This document shows positions 54,169 to 64,000 of a DNA stretch of 64,000 bases, in pieces; the first letter of the stretch is position 1, and the number at the start of each line of letters is the position of its first letter. The notes beneath the pieces are model-generated. The model ran no database searches. It was not told the DNA's origin and was given only the letters and a program-made list of their open reading frames with translations. Position numbers and translations under genes: made by a program. The DNA is from an uncultured delta proteobacterium (lineage in GTDB: Bacteria > Desulfobacterota > Desulfuromonadia > Geobacterales > Pseudopelobacteraceae), in contig CAVYYZ010000011.1 of the NCBI GenBank assembly GCA_963772835.1, positions 1 to 64,000 of the forward strand. Direction: 5' to 3'.

Positions 54169-55329
54169 GTGAGTATTTTTCGTTATCTGACGGCCGGCGA
54201 GTCGCACGGTCCTCAGTTGAGTGCAATTATTGAAGGGCTTCCCGCCGGAATACATCTCACCGTCGATGTTCTGAACCGTGACCTGGCACGACGGCAGCAG
54301 GGATATGGTCGTGGCGACCGGATGAAAATAGAGAAGGATACGGCCGAACTTCTCTCTGGAGTTCGCTGGGGAGAGACAATCGGGTCTCCGGTAACCCTTG
54401 TGGTAATGAACAGGGACTGGGAAAACTGGTCTGAGAAAATGTCGCCGCTTCCGGAGCATCGGGATGACTCGATCGCAGTTACCCGTCCACGACCCGGCCA
54501 TGCTGATCTATCAGGTGTATTGAAGTATCATCTCAGCGATGCACGGAATGTGCTGGAACGTTCCAGTGCCCGTGAAACCGCGGTTCGTGTAGCTGTCGGC
54601 AGTGTAGCAAAGGCACTTTTGGCTGAGTTCGGCATCAAGGTGGGCGGATTCGTAACGGAACTCGGTGGGATCAGCGCCGTTACTCCTCAGGAACCGGCAG
54701 AGACCTTATGGCAGCGGGCGTCTGTTTCGGAAACTTTCTGCTGTGACCCGTCTGCTGAAGTGGATATGAAGAGGACTATTGATTCTGCTCAATCCGGCGG
54801 AGATACGTTGGGGGGGGTGGTTGAAGTTCAGGTTATCGGTGTCCCTCCCGGTCTGGGTAGTTATGTTCAGTGGGACCGCAAACTGGATGCGCGTCTTGCT
54901 ATGGCGCTTATGAGCATACAGGCCATCAAGGGAGTGGAAGTTGGAATCGGCTTTGAAGCCGCCCGCAGGCCAGGCTCCCGTGTTCATGATGAAATTTTCT
55001 ACAAAGGCGGGTATCAGCGAAACAGTAATAATGCCGGCGGCATTGAGGGTGGGATGTCAAATGGTGAGCCGATAGTTGTGCGGGCCGCTATGAAACCGAT
55101 ACCAACGCTCTACTCGCCACTCCGCTCGGTCGATATGCGTACGCATGAACCGTTTGAAGCCACCGTCGAGCGTTCGGACACATGTGCCGTGCCGGCGGCC
55201 CTTGTTGTGGCGGAAGCGGTCGTGGCGATTGAGATTACCAATGCCCTGCTGGAAAAATTTGGCGGGGATTCAATCTTTGAAATCAGACGTAATCTGGAAG
55301 GCTATCGGGAGCAGATTCGTAATGCCTGA
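54169..55329 (+). CDS. aroC: Chorismate synthase
   Basis: [35 protein letters not shown]. Confidence 0.97.
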   Translation: MSIFRYLTAGESHGPQLSAIIEGLPAGIHLTVDVLNRDLARRQQGYGRGDRMKIEKDTAELLSGVRWGETIGSPVTLVVMNRDWENWSEKMSPLPEHRDDSIAVTRPRPGHADLSGVLKYHLSDARNVLERSSARETAVRVAVGSVAKALLAEFGIKVGGFVTELGGISAVTPQEPAETLWQRASVSETFCCDPSAEVDMKRTIDSAQSGGDTLGGVVEVQVIGVPPGLGSYVQWDRKLDARLAMALMSIQAIKGVEVGIGFEAARRPGSRVHDEIFYKGGYQRNSNNAGGIEGGMSNGEPIVVRAAMKPIPTLYSPLRSVDMRTHEPFEATVERSDTCAVPAALVVAEAVVAIEITNALLEKFGGDSIFEIRRNLEGYREQIRNA

Positions 55330-55843
55330 GAATGTGCTTATCTTGACCGGTTTTATGGGCAGCGGGAAAAGTTCTGTCGGGAAAATCGTTGCAGAGCTTC
55401 TCGGATACCGATTTGTCGATCTGGATGCTGAAATAGCCTCCGCGGCGGGATGTTCAATTAATGATATCTTTGCCCGTGACGGCGAACAGACGTTTCGTGC
55501 GTTGGAAAGTTCCCTTCTTGAACATGTTCTGACAGCGGGGGAGGGACGTGTGGTTGCAACCGGCGGTGGTGCGGTTGTTTCCGCGCAGAACCGGACGTTG
55601 ATGCATACCCGGGGAATAGTTGTTAACCTCAAGGTAACGCTGGAGCAGTCGTTGGCCCGGCTTGAAGGGTGCGGCAACCGGCCTCTCCTCGCCGGGGATG
55701 ATGCCTCGACGCGTGCAGAAGCTTTAATGGATGAGCGTGAACAATTTTATGCCGCCGCCGATATTAGAATTGACACGGATGGAAAATCCGTGGAAGATGT
55801 CGCAGCGGAGATTCTGTGCCGTCTGAAGGGGTTTTCCGAGTGA
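55322..55843 (+). CDS. aroK: Shikimate kinase
   Basis: [24 protein letters not shown]. Confidence 0.95.
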   Translation: MPENVLILTGFMGSGKSSVGKIVAELLGYRFVDLDAEIASAAGCSINDIFARDGEQTFRALESSLLEHVLTAGEGRVVATGGGAVVSAQNRTLMHTRGIVVNLKVTLEQSLARLEGCGNRPLLAGDDASTRAEALMDEREQFYAAADIRIDTDGKSVEDVAAEILCRLKGFSE

Positions 55844-56919
55844 GTGTACTGTCAGTTAATCTTGCTGAGAACAGTTATGAAATTATCGTCGAACGTGGTG
55901 CCCTTGTCTCTCTGGGCCAGCGGTGCCGGGCCGTCGGGTTGGCGGGTGTTGCGGCCGTTGTTTCAAACCCTGCTGTAGCCGCCTTGTATGGCGCGGCGGT
56001 GCGAGGGTCTCTGGAGGCGGCAGGTTTTACTGTTTCTCTGATTGAGATTCCGGACGGTGAAGAATATAAGAACAGTACTACACTGAATCGACTGTACGAT
56101 GAGCTTCTTGAGTCGGGTGTTGATCGCGGCTCATGTGTGATTGCACTCGGTGGTGGAGTTGTGGGTGATGTCGCCGGCTACGCCGCCGCCACCTGGATGA
56201 GGGGAATCCCCTTTGTTCAGGTACCAACCACTCTGTTGGCTCAGGTTGACAGCAGCGTCGGCGGCAAGACCGGTATTGATCACCCTAAGGGCAAAAATCT
56301 GATTGGCGCCTTTTATCAACCCCGTCTGGTGCTCATCGATGTTGACACACTCACTACTCTCGATCAGCGTCAATTCCGGGCCGGACTTGCTGAAGTGATT
56401 AAATACGGGGTGGCAATTGACCTCCCTTTTTTTGAATTCATAGAGGCTAACATTGATGCGATTCTGGGAATGGATCCGGAGTTCCTGACAAAAGTCATTC
56501 TTCGCTCCTGTCAATTAAAGGCAGAGGTAGTAGAACTCGACGAAAAAGAAGCCGGTCTGCGTGCCATCCTGAATTACGGCCACACGCTTGGGCACGCTTT
56601 TGAATCGCTCTCAGGGTACCGAAATCTGGTCCACGGTGAGGCGGTTGCGCTTGGAATGGCTCTGGCAGCGAGAGTCTCTGTATCCGAAGGTTTCTGCAGT
56701 CCGGAGGACTATTCACGGATATCCACTCTTATTACCCGGTGCGGCCTGTCGATTGACATTCCTCAGTATGATCGTCAGATGCTGCTGAATGCCGTTGCCA
56801 CCGACAAGAAATCCAAGAGTGGAATGATTACCTTTATTTGCAACAAGGGCATCGGTACGTATGCGATGTCGCATCATACTCCTGAAGAGCTGCTCATTTT
56901 GAGCGGGCTGGAGGCGTGA
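55840..56919 (+). CDS. aroB: 3-dehydroquinate synthase
   Basis: DGE.YK, GGGVVGD, PTTLLAQVDSSVGGKT, LNYGHT.GH, HGEAV. Confidence 0.96.
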   Translation: MSVLSVNLAENSYEIIVERGALVSLGQRCRAVGLAGVAAVVSNPAVAALYGAAVRGSLEAAGFTVSLIEIPDGEEYKNSTTLNRLYDELLESGVDRGSCVIALGGGVVGDVAGYAAATWMRGIPFVQVPTTLLAQVDSSVGGKTGIDHPKGKNLIGAFYQPRLVLIDVDTLTTLDQRQFRAGLAEVIKYGVAIDLPFFEFIEANIDAILGMDPEFLTKVILRSCQLKAEVVELDEKEAGLRAILNYGHTLGHAFESLSGYRNLVHGEAVALGMALAARVSVSEGFCSPEDYSRISTLITRCGLSIDIPQYDRQMLLNAVATDKKSKSGMITFICNKGIGTYAMSHHTPEELLILSGLEA

Positions 56920-57929
56920 CCATGCAGGATACAGCTTCATTCTGGACAGACATCAAAGAGCTTGAAGAACAGCTCGCCAAAATGCCTGACTCGTACTGTT
57001 TTGCCCGACTGTCTGATGTGTACCTCAAGGTGGGGCTGATCGATGATGCCATTCACGTTGCGCGTCAGGGTGTCACAAAACACCCCCGCTACATGTCAGG
57101 CCAACGAGCCCTTTCTCACGCGTGTATTGCCAAGGAACTTAACGGTGAGGCACTGCCGGCCTTACAGATGGTTACTGAGGCGCTGCCCGAAGATGTTCAG
57201 TCTCAAAAGCTTCTGGGACGGCTTTATGCTGAGGCGGGTAATCCGGGTGCTGCGATTCAGGCGTTTAGTACTGCTCTGGAGTTTGCACCTGATGATGTTG
57301 AGTGCCGGCTTGAGCTGGAATCTCTCGTGCGGGCATCTCGCCCCGTTGAACCGGAACCGGATGAAGCTGATGAAGAAATTATAGAAGATCTGGAAATACT
57401 CGAAGAGATAGATGCCATTGAAGAAGACCAATCTGAATCGGAAGTCCTGAACCAGGCTGCACCTTCTGCGCCCGTGCTCACATCCGCATCTCATCAGGAT
57501 CCTCTCTCAACCGGCACTCTGGCCGAGTTGTATGTCACTCAGGGATTTGTTCATAAGGCACTCGGGATTTATCGGGCCATTCTGGCCGATAACCCTTCAG
57601 ATCGAATCACGGCAGAACGGATAATCGAGCTTGAAAAACAGGCCGCCGGACCACCGGAACCTGAATTTGAAACTGACGATATATGTGATATTGAGGCAGA
57701 AAACGAACCTGCCTTCAGCATGCCGCAACAGGATCTTCACAAAGAGATCAGGCAGGAAACCACTCTGGAGTCAGACGGTTATGTCGTTGATAATCAGCAA
57801 TCCCGTGAAAATGTTTCCTGGTCTGAGAGCGGCGTTCCTGTCGTGTCTCCCCGGGGCATTACAGATAAAGTGCTTTCTACGCTGGACGGGTGGCTTGAAA
57901 ATATCAGGAGGATTAAATCATGTCGCTAA
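56916..57929 (+). CDS. TPR protein with acidic linker
   Basis: N-terminal TPRs, acidic linker, T.TLAELY..QG...KAL.IY repeat. Confidence 0.8.
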   Translation: MTMQDTASFWTDIKELEEQLAKMPDSYCFARLSDVYLKVGLIDDAIHVARQGVTKHPRYMSGQRALSHACIAKELNGEALPALQMVTEALPEDVQSQKLLGRLYAEAGNPGAAIQAFSTALEFAPDDVECRLELESLVRASRPVEPEPDEADEEIIEDLEILEEIDAIEEDQSESEVLNQAAPSAPVLTSASHQDPLSTGTLAELYVTQGFVHKALGIYRAILADNPSDRITAERIIELEKQAAGPPEPEFETDDICDIEAENEPAFSMPQQDLHKEIRQETTLESDGYVVDNQQSRENVSWSESGVPVVSPRGITDKVLSTLDGWLENIRRIKSCR

Positions 57930-58282
57930 GAGATACACTGAACACTATTGTCCAGAGCGTTGATGGATCCCTGGCAGCGATAATTATGGCCTACGACGGT
58001 ATTCCGATTGATGAAGTCATTGTAGAACAGACTGAGTTCGATATGCAGCTCCTGTCGGTTGAATATGCAACGGTGCTTAAAGAAATAAAGCGTGCTGTTG
58101 ACGTTATTAAAATGGGCGATCTTGAAGAAGTCTCCATATCAACATCCCGCACCTGTGTTGTTGTCAGGGTTTTAAATGAGGATCTTTTTTCCGCTCTTAT
58201 ACTGAGTCGGGATGGAAATATCGGCAAGGGACGCTATATGCTTAAGCTTAAATCATTTGAAGTACTGCAGGAGCTTTCATAA
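57920..58282 (+). CDS. Roadblock/LC7 domain protein (MglC-like)
   Basis: V..VDG..AAIIM.YDGI.ID, GN.GKGRY.L roadblock pattern. Confidence 0.85.
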   Translation: MSLRDTLNTIVQSVDGSLAAIIMAYDGIPIDEVIVEQTEFDMQLLSVEYATVLKEIKRAVDVIKMGDLEEVSISTSRTCVVVRVLNEDLFSALILSRDGNIGKGRYMLKLKSFEVLQELS

Positions 58283-58284
58283 GT

Positions 58285-58722
58285 ATGAAATTTCTGGTAC
58301 TACACGGCCCTAACCTCAATCTGCTTGGAAAACGTGATCCCGTAATCTACGGCTTTCAAACGCTTGCGGAAATTAATTCTGCGCTGGAGCGCCTTGCTGC
58401 AGAGTTAGGGTGCGAACTTATTTCTTTTCAGTCCAACACCGAAGGTGATCTGGTAGATGCAATACAGGCGTCTGCACTGGATTGTCACGGCATACTAATC
58501 AATCCGGCCGCCTACACCCATACCAGTATTGCAATTCGCGATGCTCTGACTGCTGTGGGGCTTCCCTGTGTTGAGGCGCACCTCTCTAATATTCACAGCA
58601 GGGAAAAATTCCGTCATACCAGCATGGTGGCACCGGTTGCCATTGGTCAGATCTGCGGATTTGGTTGCGACAGCTACCTGCTCGGCTTGCGGGCATTATT
58701 TAATTACGTTAAAAATGCATAA
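58285..58722 (+). CDS. aroQ: Type II 3-dehydroquinate dehydratase
   Basis: [30 protein letters not shown]...RE.FR. Confidence 0.96.
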   Translation: MKFLVLHGPNLNLLGKRDPVIYGFQTLAEINSALERLAAELGCELISFQSNTEGDLVDAIQASALDCHGILINPAAYTHTSIAIRDALTAVGLPCVEAHLSNIHSREKFRHTSMVAPVAIGQICGFGCDSYLLGLRALFNYVKNA

Positions 58723-58791
58723 ATTTCCATTCACGCATCTCACCTGTTTTTATGCGCAACGTAAAAACAGTTTGTAGTCAGGGTTTCATTT

Positions 58792-59862
58792 ATGCTAAAA
58801 AAAAGACGCTCACGTCTGAATCATTATTTCAAAGAATATTCGCTAAAAGCCGTATTATTCACTGAGCTTAGAAATATTCGGTATTTGTGCGGTTTTAGCG
58901 GATCCGAAGGTGCCCTGCTGATATCGAAGGATCACTCATGGTTCCTATGTGATTCCCGATACACTGCGCAGGCGGCAGTAGAAGTCAAAGATGCCGAGAT
59001 TATTGAATGTGCTGCGATCCGCATCGACACGGTGGCAGCTTTGGTCCGGGAATTCGGTCTTGACCGGATTGGTTTCGAAGCGTCTCATACAACAGTAAGC
59101 GCCTTTCGGCGGATGTCTGAGATGTTGAACGGTGTCGATCTTGTCGAACTTGGTTCAAATCTCGATGAAATACGCATCTGTAAAGACTGCTCTGAAATTG
59201 AACTGCTCACCTCGGTTGCAACTCTATCGTCATTGGCCCTCACTGCGGTGCTGGAGCAGATCAAGCCCGGTGTCCGCGAAATAGATATCGCACTGGCACT
59301 TGAATTTGAGATGAGGCGACGTGGTGCGGATGGCAAGGCGTTTGATTTCATCGTTGCTTCCGGGGAACGGGGTGCCATGCCTCATGGAAGAGCCAGTGAC
59401 AAAATTATTCTGGCAGGAGAGCTTGTCACCATCGATTTCGGCGCGATAAAAAACGGGTATCATTCTGATGAAACGGTTACAGTTGCCTGCGGAAGACCGG
59501 ATCTTCGGGCGCAGGAAATTCATTCTATTGTCAAAACAGCTCACGATTTAGCAATTCAGGCTGTCAGGGCGGGTATCAGCTGTAAGGATCTTGATGAGGT
59601 CGCACGCTCATTCATCCGCGATAATGGATACGGTGACTATTTCGGGCATGGATTAGGGCACGGCATAGGCCTGGATATTCACGAAATGCCGACTCTGTCT
59701 CCACGTAGTACCGCAGTACTTGAAGAAGGGATGACCATTACAATTGAACCGGGCATATATATACCGGGATTCGGTGGTGTCAGGATTGAAGATACCGTGG
59801 TTGTCACTGCAGATGGATGCCGGATTATAACCAGCGCAGATAAACAATTGCTGGTCCTGTAG
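58792..59862 (+). CDS. Xaa-Pro aminopeptidase (M24 family)
   Basis: PHG, IDFG...GY.SD.T, HGLGHGIGL.IHE, EPGIY..G.GGVRIED. Confidence 0.92.
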   Translation: MLKKRRSRLNHYFKEYSLKAVLFTELRNIRYLCGFSGSEGALLISKDHSWFLCDSRYTAQAAVEVKDAEIIECAAIRIDTVAALVREFGLDRIGFEASHTTVSAFRRMSEMLNGVDLVELGSNLDEIRICKDCSEIELLTSVATLSSLALTAVLEQIKPGVREIDIALALEFEMRRRGADGKAFDFIVASGERGAMPHGRASDKIILAGELVTIDFGAIKNGYHSDETVTVACGRPDLRAQEIHSIVKTAHDLAIQAVRAGISCKDLDEVARSFIRDNGYGDYFGHGLGHGIGLDIHEMPTLSPRSTAVLEEGMTITIEPGIYIPGFGGVRIEDTVVVTADGCRIITSADKQLLVL

Positions 59863-59930
59863 ATAGATGGAGAACGCTCAACATTTGATTCATCACTAAT
59901 CAGACTGATTGTAAAAGGAGACAAACTGAA

Positions 59931-60413
59931 ATGGATATCAAAGACCTGAAACTGCTGATAAAACTTGTGACGGAAACTGACATTACCGAATTTGAAATGG
60001 ATAATTCTGACGAGAAGATTATCATCAAGCGAGGCCAGAAAACGGAATATGTTACTGTCGCTTCTCCTGCTGCCCACCAGTATGCGCCTCCCGTGTATCA
60101 GCAGGCTCCGGCTTCCCCACCTGCCGTCGCACCGATGACTTCTGCAGCCTCTGCATCTCAGGAATCTGAGGCCGGTGACACTCTTAATTCTCCGATAGTC
60201 GGAACATTTTACGAAGCTCCCGGACCAGAGTCCGATCCCTACGTGACCGTCGGTCAGATTGTAGAAAAAGGGCAGGTACTCTGTATCGTAGAAGCAATGA
60301 AATTGATGAACGAGATCGAGGCCGAGTGCAAATGCAAGATCATTAAAATTTGCAAAAGCAACGCTCAGGCGGTAGAATTCGGTGATCCACTGTTTGTTAT
60401 CCAGAAACTTTAA
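59931..60413 (+). CDS. accB: Acetyl-CoA carboxylase biotin carboxyl carrier protein
   Basis: SP.VGTFY, EAMKLMNEI biotinylation motif. Confidence 0.96.
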   Translation: MDIKDLKLLIKLVTETDITEFEMDNSDEKIIIKRGQKTEYVTVASPAAHQYAPPVYQQAPASPPAVAPMTSAASASQESEAGDTLNSPIVGTFYEAPGPESDPYVTVGQIVEKGQVLCIVEAMKLMNEIEAECKCKIIKICKSNAQAVEFGDPLFVIQKL

Positions 60414-60440
60414 CTTAATTCGAGAGCGGGGTTCGTCTTC

Positions 60441-61781
60441 ATGTTTCATAAAGTACTAATTGCCAACCGCGGTGAGATTGCCGTCAGGATTATCAGGGCT
60501 TGCAAAGAACTGGGTATCAAGACAGTGGCGGTCTACTCCCAGGCGGACATCCACTCTCTGCATGTCAAGCTTGCAGACGAGAGTGTCTGTATCGGTCCTG
60601 CTTCCAGTGCCCTGAGTTATCTCAATATCAACGCCATCATCAGTGCAGCTGAATTGACTGATGCTGAAGCTATTCATCCCGGCTACGGGTTTCTGTCTGA
60701 AAACCCGAAATTTGCCGAGGTTTGTGAAAAATGCGGCATCACATTTATCGGGCCGACTGCTGAAAGTATGCGTATCATGGGCGACAAAATCAGTGCCCGT
60801 CAGGCGGTTATCAAACAGGGAGTACCTATCCTTCCCGGGACTAAAGAGGGTGTGAAAACGGTTGAGGATGCGGTGAAAGTCGCGAAAGAAATCGGGTTCC
60901 CGGTTATCATCAAGGCGACTGCAGGTGGTGGCGGCCGCGGCATGAAAATAGTCCATTCTCAGGCGGCCCTGCCGAATGCATTTGCTACAGCCCGTGCAGA
61001 AGCACAGTCCGGATTTGGCAACCCAGAAGTGTATATCGAGCGATATTGCGAAAAACCCCGCCATGTAGAAATCCAGATACTGGGTGATAAACATGGAAAT
61101 GTGATTCATCTGGGAGAGCGGGATTGTTCAATCCAGCGTCGCCACCAGAAATTGATCGAAGAAGCCCCCTCTACGGTTGTGACCCCTGAAATCCGTAAAG
61201 CTATGGGGGACGCTGCCGTCAGGGCTGCTGCTGCCGTCGGTTACAACAGTGCCGGCACGGTTGAATTTCTGGTGGATAAACAGAATAATTTCTTTTTCAT
61301 GGAGATGAATACCCGCATACAGGTTGAGCATCCGGTGACCGAAATGATTACCGGAGTGGATCTGGTCAGGGAACAGATCCGTTCAGCCGCCGGGCTGCCG
61401 CTGCGCTACAAACAGGAGGATATCCAGATCAGAGGTCACGCAATCGAGTGCCGCATCAATGCGGAAGATCCGTTTAAATTTACCCCGTGTCCTGGTAAAA
61501 TCACCGCGTATCATCCGCCAGGCGGGCTCGGTGTTCGCGTGGATTCGTTTGTGTACGACCAGTATTCGGTTGTGCCGAATTATGATTCACTGATTGGAAA
61601 ACTGATCGTTCACGCTGACACCCGCGAGGAAGCCATCAAGCGAATGGCGAGGGCACTTGACGAATACAGGATTGAAGGAATTAAAACGACAATATTTTTT
61701 CACAAGCGCATAATGGCTCACAAGGACTTTATTGAAGGCGACATTGATACTTCTTTTCTTGAACGAATAGTTCTGGAGTAA
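60441..61781 (+). CDS. accC: Acetyl-CoA carboxylase biotin carboxylase
   Basis: [34 protein letters not shown]. Confidence 0.97.
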   Translation: MFHKVLIANRGEIAVRIIRACKELGIKTVAVYSQADIHSLHVKLADESVCIGPASSALSYLNINAIISAAELTDAEAIHPGYGFLSENPKFAEVCEKCGITFIGPTAESMRIMGDKISARQAVIKQGVPILPGTKEGVKTVEDAVKVAKEIGFPVIIKATAGGGGRGMKIVHSQAALPNAFATARAEAQSGFGNPEVYIERYCEKPRHVEIQILGDKHGNVIHLGERDCSIQRRHQKLIEEAPSTVVTPEIRKAMGDAAVRAAAAVGYNSAGTVEFLVDKQNNFFFMEMNTRIQVEHPVTEMITGVDLVREQIRSAAGLPLRYKQEDIQIRGHAIECRINAEDPFKFTPCPGKITAYHPPGGLGVRVDSFVYDQYSVVPNYDSLIGKLIVHADTREEAIKRMARALDEYRIEGIKTTIFFHKRIMAHKDFIEGDIDTSFLERIVLE

Positions 61782-61786
61782 ATATC

Positions 61787-62173
61787 ATGGACTTTCCTGA
61801 TGAACTGAAATATTCGAAAGAGCATATCTGGGTGAGAGTAGAAAGCGGTTCGGCTGTTATCGGCATCACGGATTTCGCTCAGGAGGAACTTGGTACTGTT
61901 AGATGCGTGGAACTTCCTGATGAAGGAGATGAAATAGAACAGGACGATTCAATCGGCTCGATTGAAGCTCAAAAAACAGTTGCTTCACTGTATGCTCCAT
62001 TCAGTGGAACAGTCCGGAGTATAAATCATGAAGCGCTGGAAAATCCTGAGCTGCTCAACGACGACCCGTACGATGGTGCCTGGTTGGTGGAGGTGTCGCT
62101 TGACGACCCTGAAGAGTTAAAAAACCTTCTGTCAGCTGATGATTATGCCGACTACATAGAAAACAGGGATTAA
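61787..62173 (+). CDS. gcvH: Glycine cleavage system H protein (lipoyl carrier)
   Basis: LKYSKEH.W, GITDFAQ..LG, E..K...LYAP, N.DPY..WL. Confidence 0.9.
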   Translation: MDFPDELKYSKEHIWVRVESGSAVIGITDFAQEELGTVRCVELPDEGDEIEQDDSIGSIEAQKTVASLYAPFSGTVRSINHEALENPELLNDDPYDGAWLVEVSLDDPEELKNLLSADDYADYIENRD

Positions 62174-62247
62174 TTGAGACATAAACTATGGTATAAGGGC
62201 GGGATCATGCTGTGATCTCGCCCTGTTTTATTTGAAAGGAATCAAAC

Positions 62248-63732
62248 GTGCGTTTACCAATATTGTTGTCACTATCGATGCTGACTCTTCCCGGTGTGGT
62301 ATGTTCTGCAGAGTCCCCCCTTTCACTGACTCTTAACGAGTCCATTCGCATGGCAGTCGAGAAAAACCTTGACGTTCGGGCTGAGTTGTACAATTCGGCG
62401 CAGTTTGAGGCGGACATACATCGAAATCGCGCAATTTATAACCCATTGTTTTCGGCACAAACCAATTATTCCGAATCGACGACAGCTACGGTCAGTGTAA
62501 ATACACCTGTTTCGACCGCAGGAAGCTCTTTCCAACTGAACGCCGGCCTGAGCCAATTATTCTGGACCGGCGCCACCGCTTCTGCAGGTTTAAACAACGT
62601 CTTTAACAGCAACAAAAGAACCTCTTATGATTACTGGCAATCGAGTCTTGGAATTTCTATTGCCCAGCCACTCCTGAAAAACTTTGGACGGGAAGCTACC
62701 GAAGTCAACATCAATGTGTCGAGATTGTCAAAGTATGCCTCTCTCGAACGATTTAATTCCCGCTTGATATCTACCGTGGCTCAGGTCCGCACTGAATATT
62801 ATAAGCTCCATAGTCTGCGGGAAGAGCGGGATGTGAAAAAAGTATCGTTGGAGTTGGCGCGAAAAATTCTCTCCGATACTCAAGCGCGCGTCAAGGCGGG
62901 TGTATTACCCGCAATGGAGGTGCTTAATGCTGAATTCGGCGCTGTTACCCGTGAAAAGGAACTTATCGACGCCGAACGGGCGGTGAGTGATCAGGTTGAT
63001 GTACTGCATCTGCTCCTGCAGCTTGATTCCGGAGTAGTCGATATTCAGACAGTCGATCTGCCTCCTCGTGAGCGATTTGAAACAGTTGAGAGTGACGCGA
63101 TCCAGAAGGCGTTAAACCGCCCTGATATACGAGAACAGAAGCGGAATCTTGAACTGAATGAACTTCAAACGAAAAATTACAGACAGAGAACACGTCCCGA
63201 TTTGTCATTAATCGCCTCAGCCCAGCTGACAGGACTTGACAGTACGTACCAGCGCACCCTTGACAAGGTCGTTTCTTTTGATTATCCGGCATGGAGCGTC
63301 GGGCTCAATTTCAGTTATCCGCTGGGAAACGATGCGGCTGAAAACGATTATCGTAAAAGCAGACTCAAAACGGAGCAGATTTCCCTGCAGCTGCGAAGCC
63401 TGGAGGAAAGTTCGACAAAAGAAGTTAAGGCGGCTATTCGTGGTGTTGAAGTCGGATTTAAACAGATCGAGGTGACTGACCGGGGGAAAGTGTTTGCGGA
63501 AGAACGGCTGAGAGCCTTTATCCGTAAAAATGAGGTCGGTCTGGCTACGACCAAAGATGTACTTGATGTGGAAAACGATCTGGCCGTTTCCAAGAGCAAT
63601 CAAATCAAGGCGGTTGTCGGGTATGCCAATGCACTGACCCAGTATTGGCAGGTTACCGGGGAACTGCTGGAGCGGGAAGGTGTCCGGGTTGTTGAAGGTA
63701 ATGCCGATAAGCTGTACTCTGCAACTTACTGA
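62248..63732 (+). CDS. TolC family outer membrane efflux protein
   Basis: Signal peptide; two OEP repeats (QPLLKNFG, G......DVL..E..L). Confidence 0.88.
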   Translation: MRLPILLSLSMLTLPGVVCSAESPLSLTLNESIRMAVEKNLDVRAELYNSAQFEADIHRNRAIYNPLFSAQTNYSESTTATVSVNTPVSTAGSSFQLNAGLSQLFWTGATASAGLNNVFNSNKRTSYDYWQSSLGISIAQPLLKNFGREATEVNINVSRLSKYASLERFNSRLISTVAQVRTEYYKLHSLREERDVKKVSLELARKILSDTQARVKAGVLPAMEVLNAEFGAVTREKELIDAERAVSDQVDVLHLLLQLDSGVVDIQTVDLPPRERFETVESDAIQKALNRPDIREQKRNLELNELQTKNYRQRTRPDLSLIASAQLTGLDSTYQRTLDKVVSFDYPAWSVGLNFSYPLGNDAAENDYRKSRLKTEQISLQLRSLEESSTKEVKAAIRGVEVGFKQIEVTDRGKVFAEERLRAFIRKNEVGLATTKDVLDVENDLAVSKSNQIKAVVGYANALTQYWQVTGELLEREGVRVVEGNADKLYSATY

Positions 63733-64000
63733 TGCTTAAAATCGGGCAGATAGAGTATGCGAATTGCACCCCTCTCTTCCATATCCTGCGAGAAAAATTC
63801 CCCTGTACAGGATACGAATTTATTTCCGGAGTACCGGCCGAACTGAACAGAATGCTTCATGCCGGTGATATAGATGTATGTCCTTCCTCCTCGATTGAAT
63901 ACGCATATCACCCGGACCAGTACACGATACTGCCACAACTTTCCATTTCGAGTATCGGTGCGGTTGCAAGTGTGCTGCTGTTCTCAAGAGTGCCTATAGA
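63732..64000 (+). CDS. mqnA: Chorismate dehydratase MqnA (futalosine pathway), 3' truncated by window edge
   Basis: MLKIGQIEYANCTPLF, GVP.ELN..L..G.IDV.PSSSIEY, SISS.GAV.SV.L. Confidence 0.85.
   Translation, partial: MLKIGQIEYANCTPLFHILREKFPCTGYEFISGVPAELNRMLHAGDIDVCPSSSIEYAYHPDQYTILPQLSISSIGAVASVLLFSRVPI

Overview
Chromosomal window from a Desulfuromonadia/Geobacteraceae-like deltaproteobacterium, inferred from gene content and order (c7-type triheme cytochrome, icd-mdh-korDABC, tilS-ftsH-folP-cdaA-glmM-pdxJ-acpS-nnr-CBS-tsaE-lysC, aroCKB-TPR-roadblock-aroQ-peptidase-accBC-gcvH-mqnA). Positions 1-4.3 kb hold a tight + strand cluster of small redox/membrane genes. Positions 4.3-16 kb are an accessory patchwork: small hypotheticals, an FAD oxidoreductase fused behind an alcohol-dehydrogenase remnant, a cytochrome c7, a wHTH-TPR regulator with OsmC, and a RelE/XRE toxin-antitoxin pair. 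This patchwork ends in a collapsed island at the tmRNA 3' end, where an integrase N-terminus is deletion-fused to an excisionase C-terminus. From smpB (16.4 kb) onward the window is almost all housekeeping. Most notable: a 407-nt tmRNA with an unusually long, apparently two-start tag (ANNTTTAADNYAFAGALAA); two structurally distinct isocitrate dehydrogenases in tandem; a TGTATACAGTAT operator shared by icd and a small accessory gene; cdaA without cdaR; and a duplicated promoter flanking a three-gene block. I cannot support a complete novel multi-gene system (no CRISPR array, retron or defence island seen). Family assignments are from motif recognition only; no searches were run.
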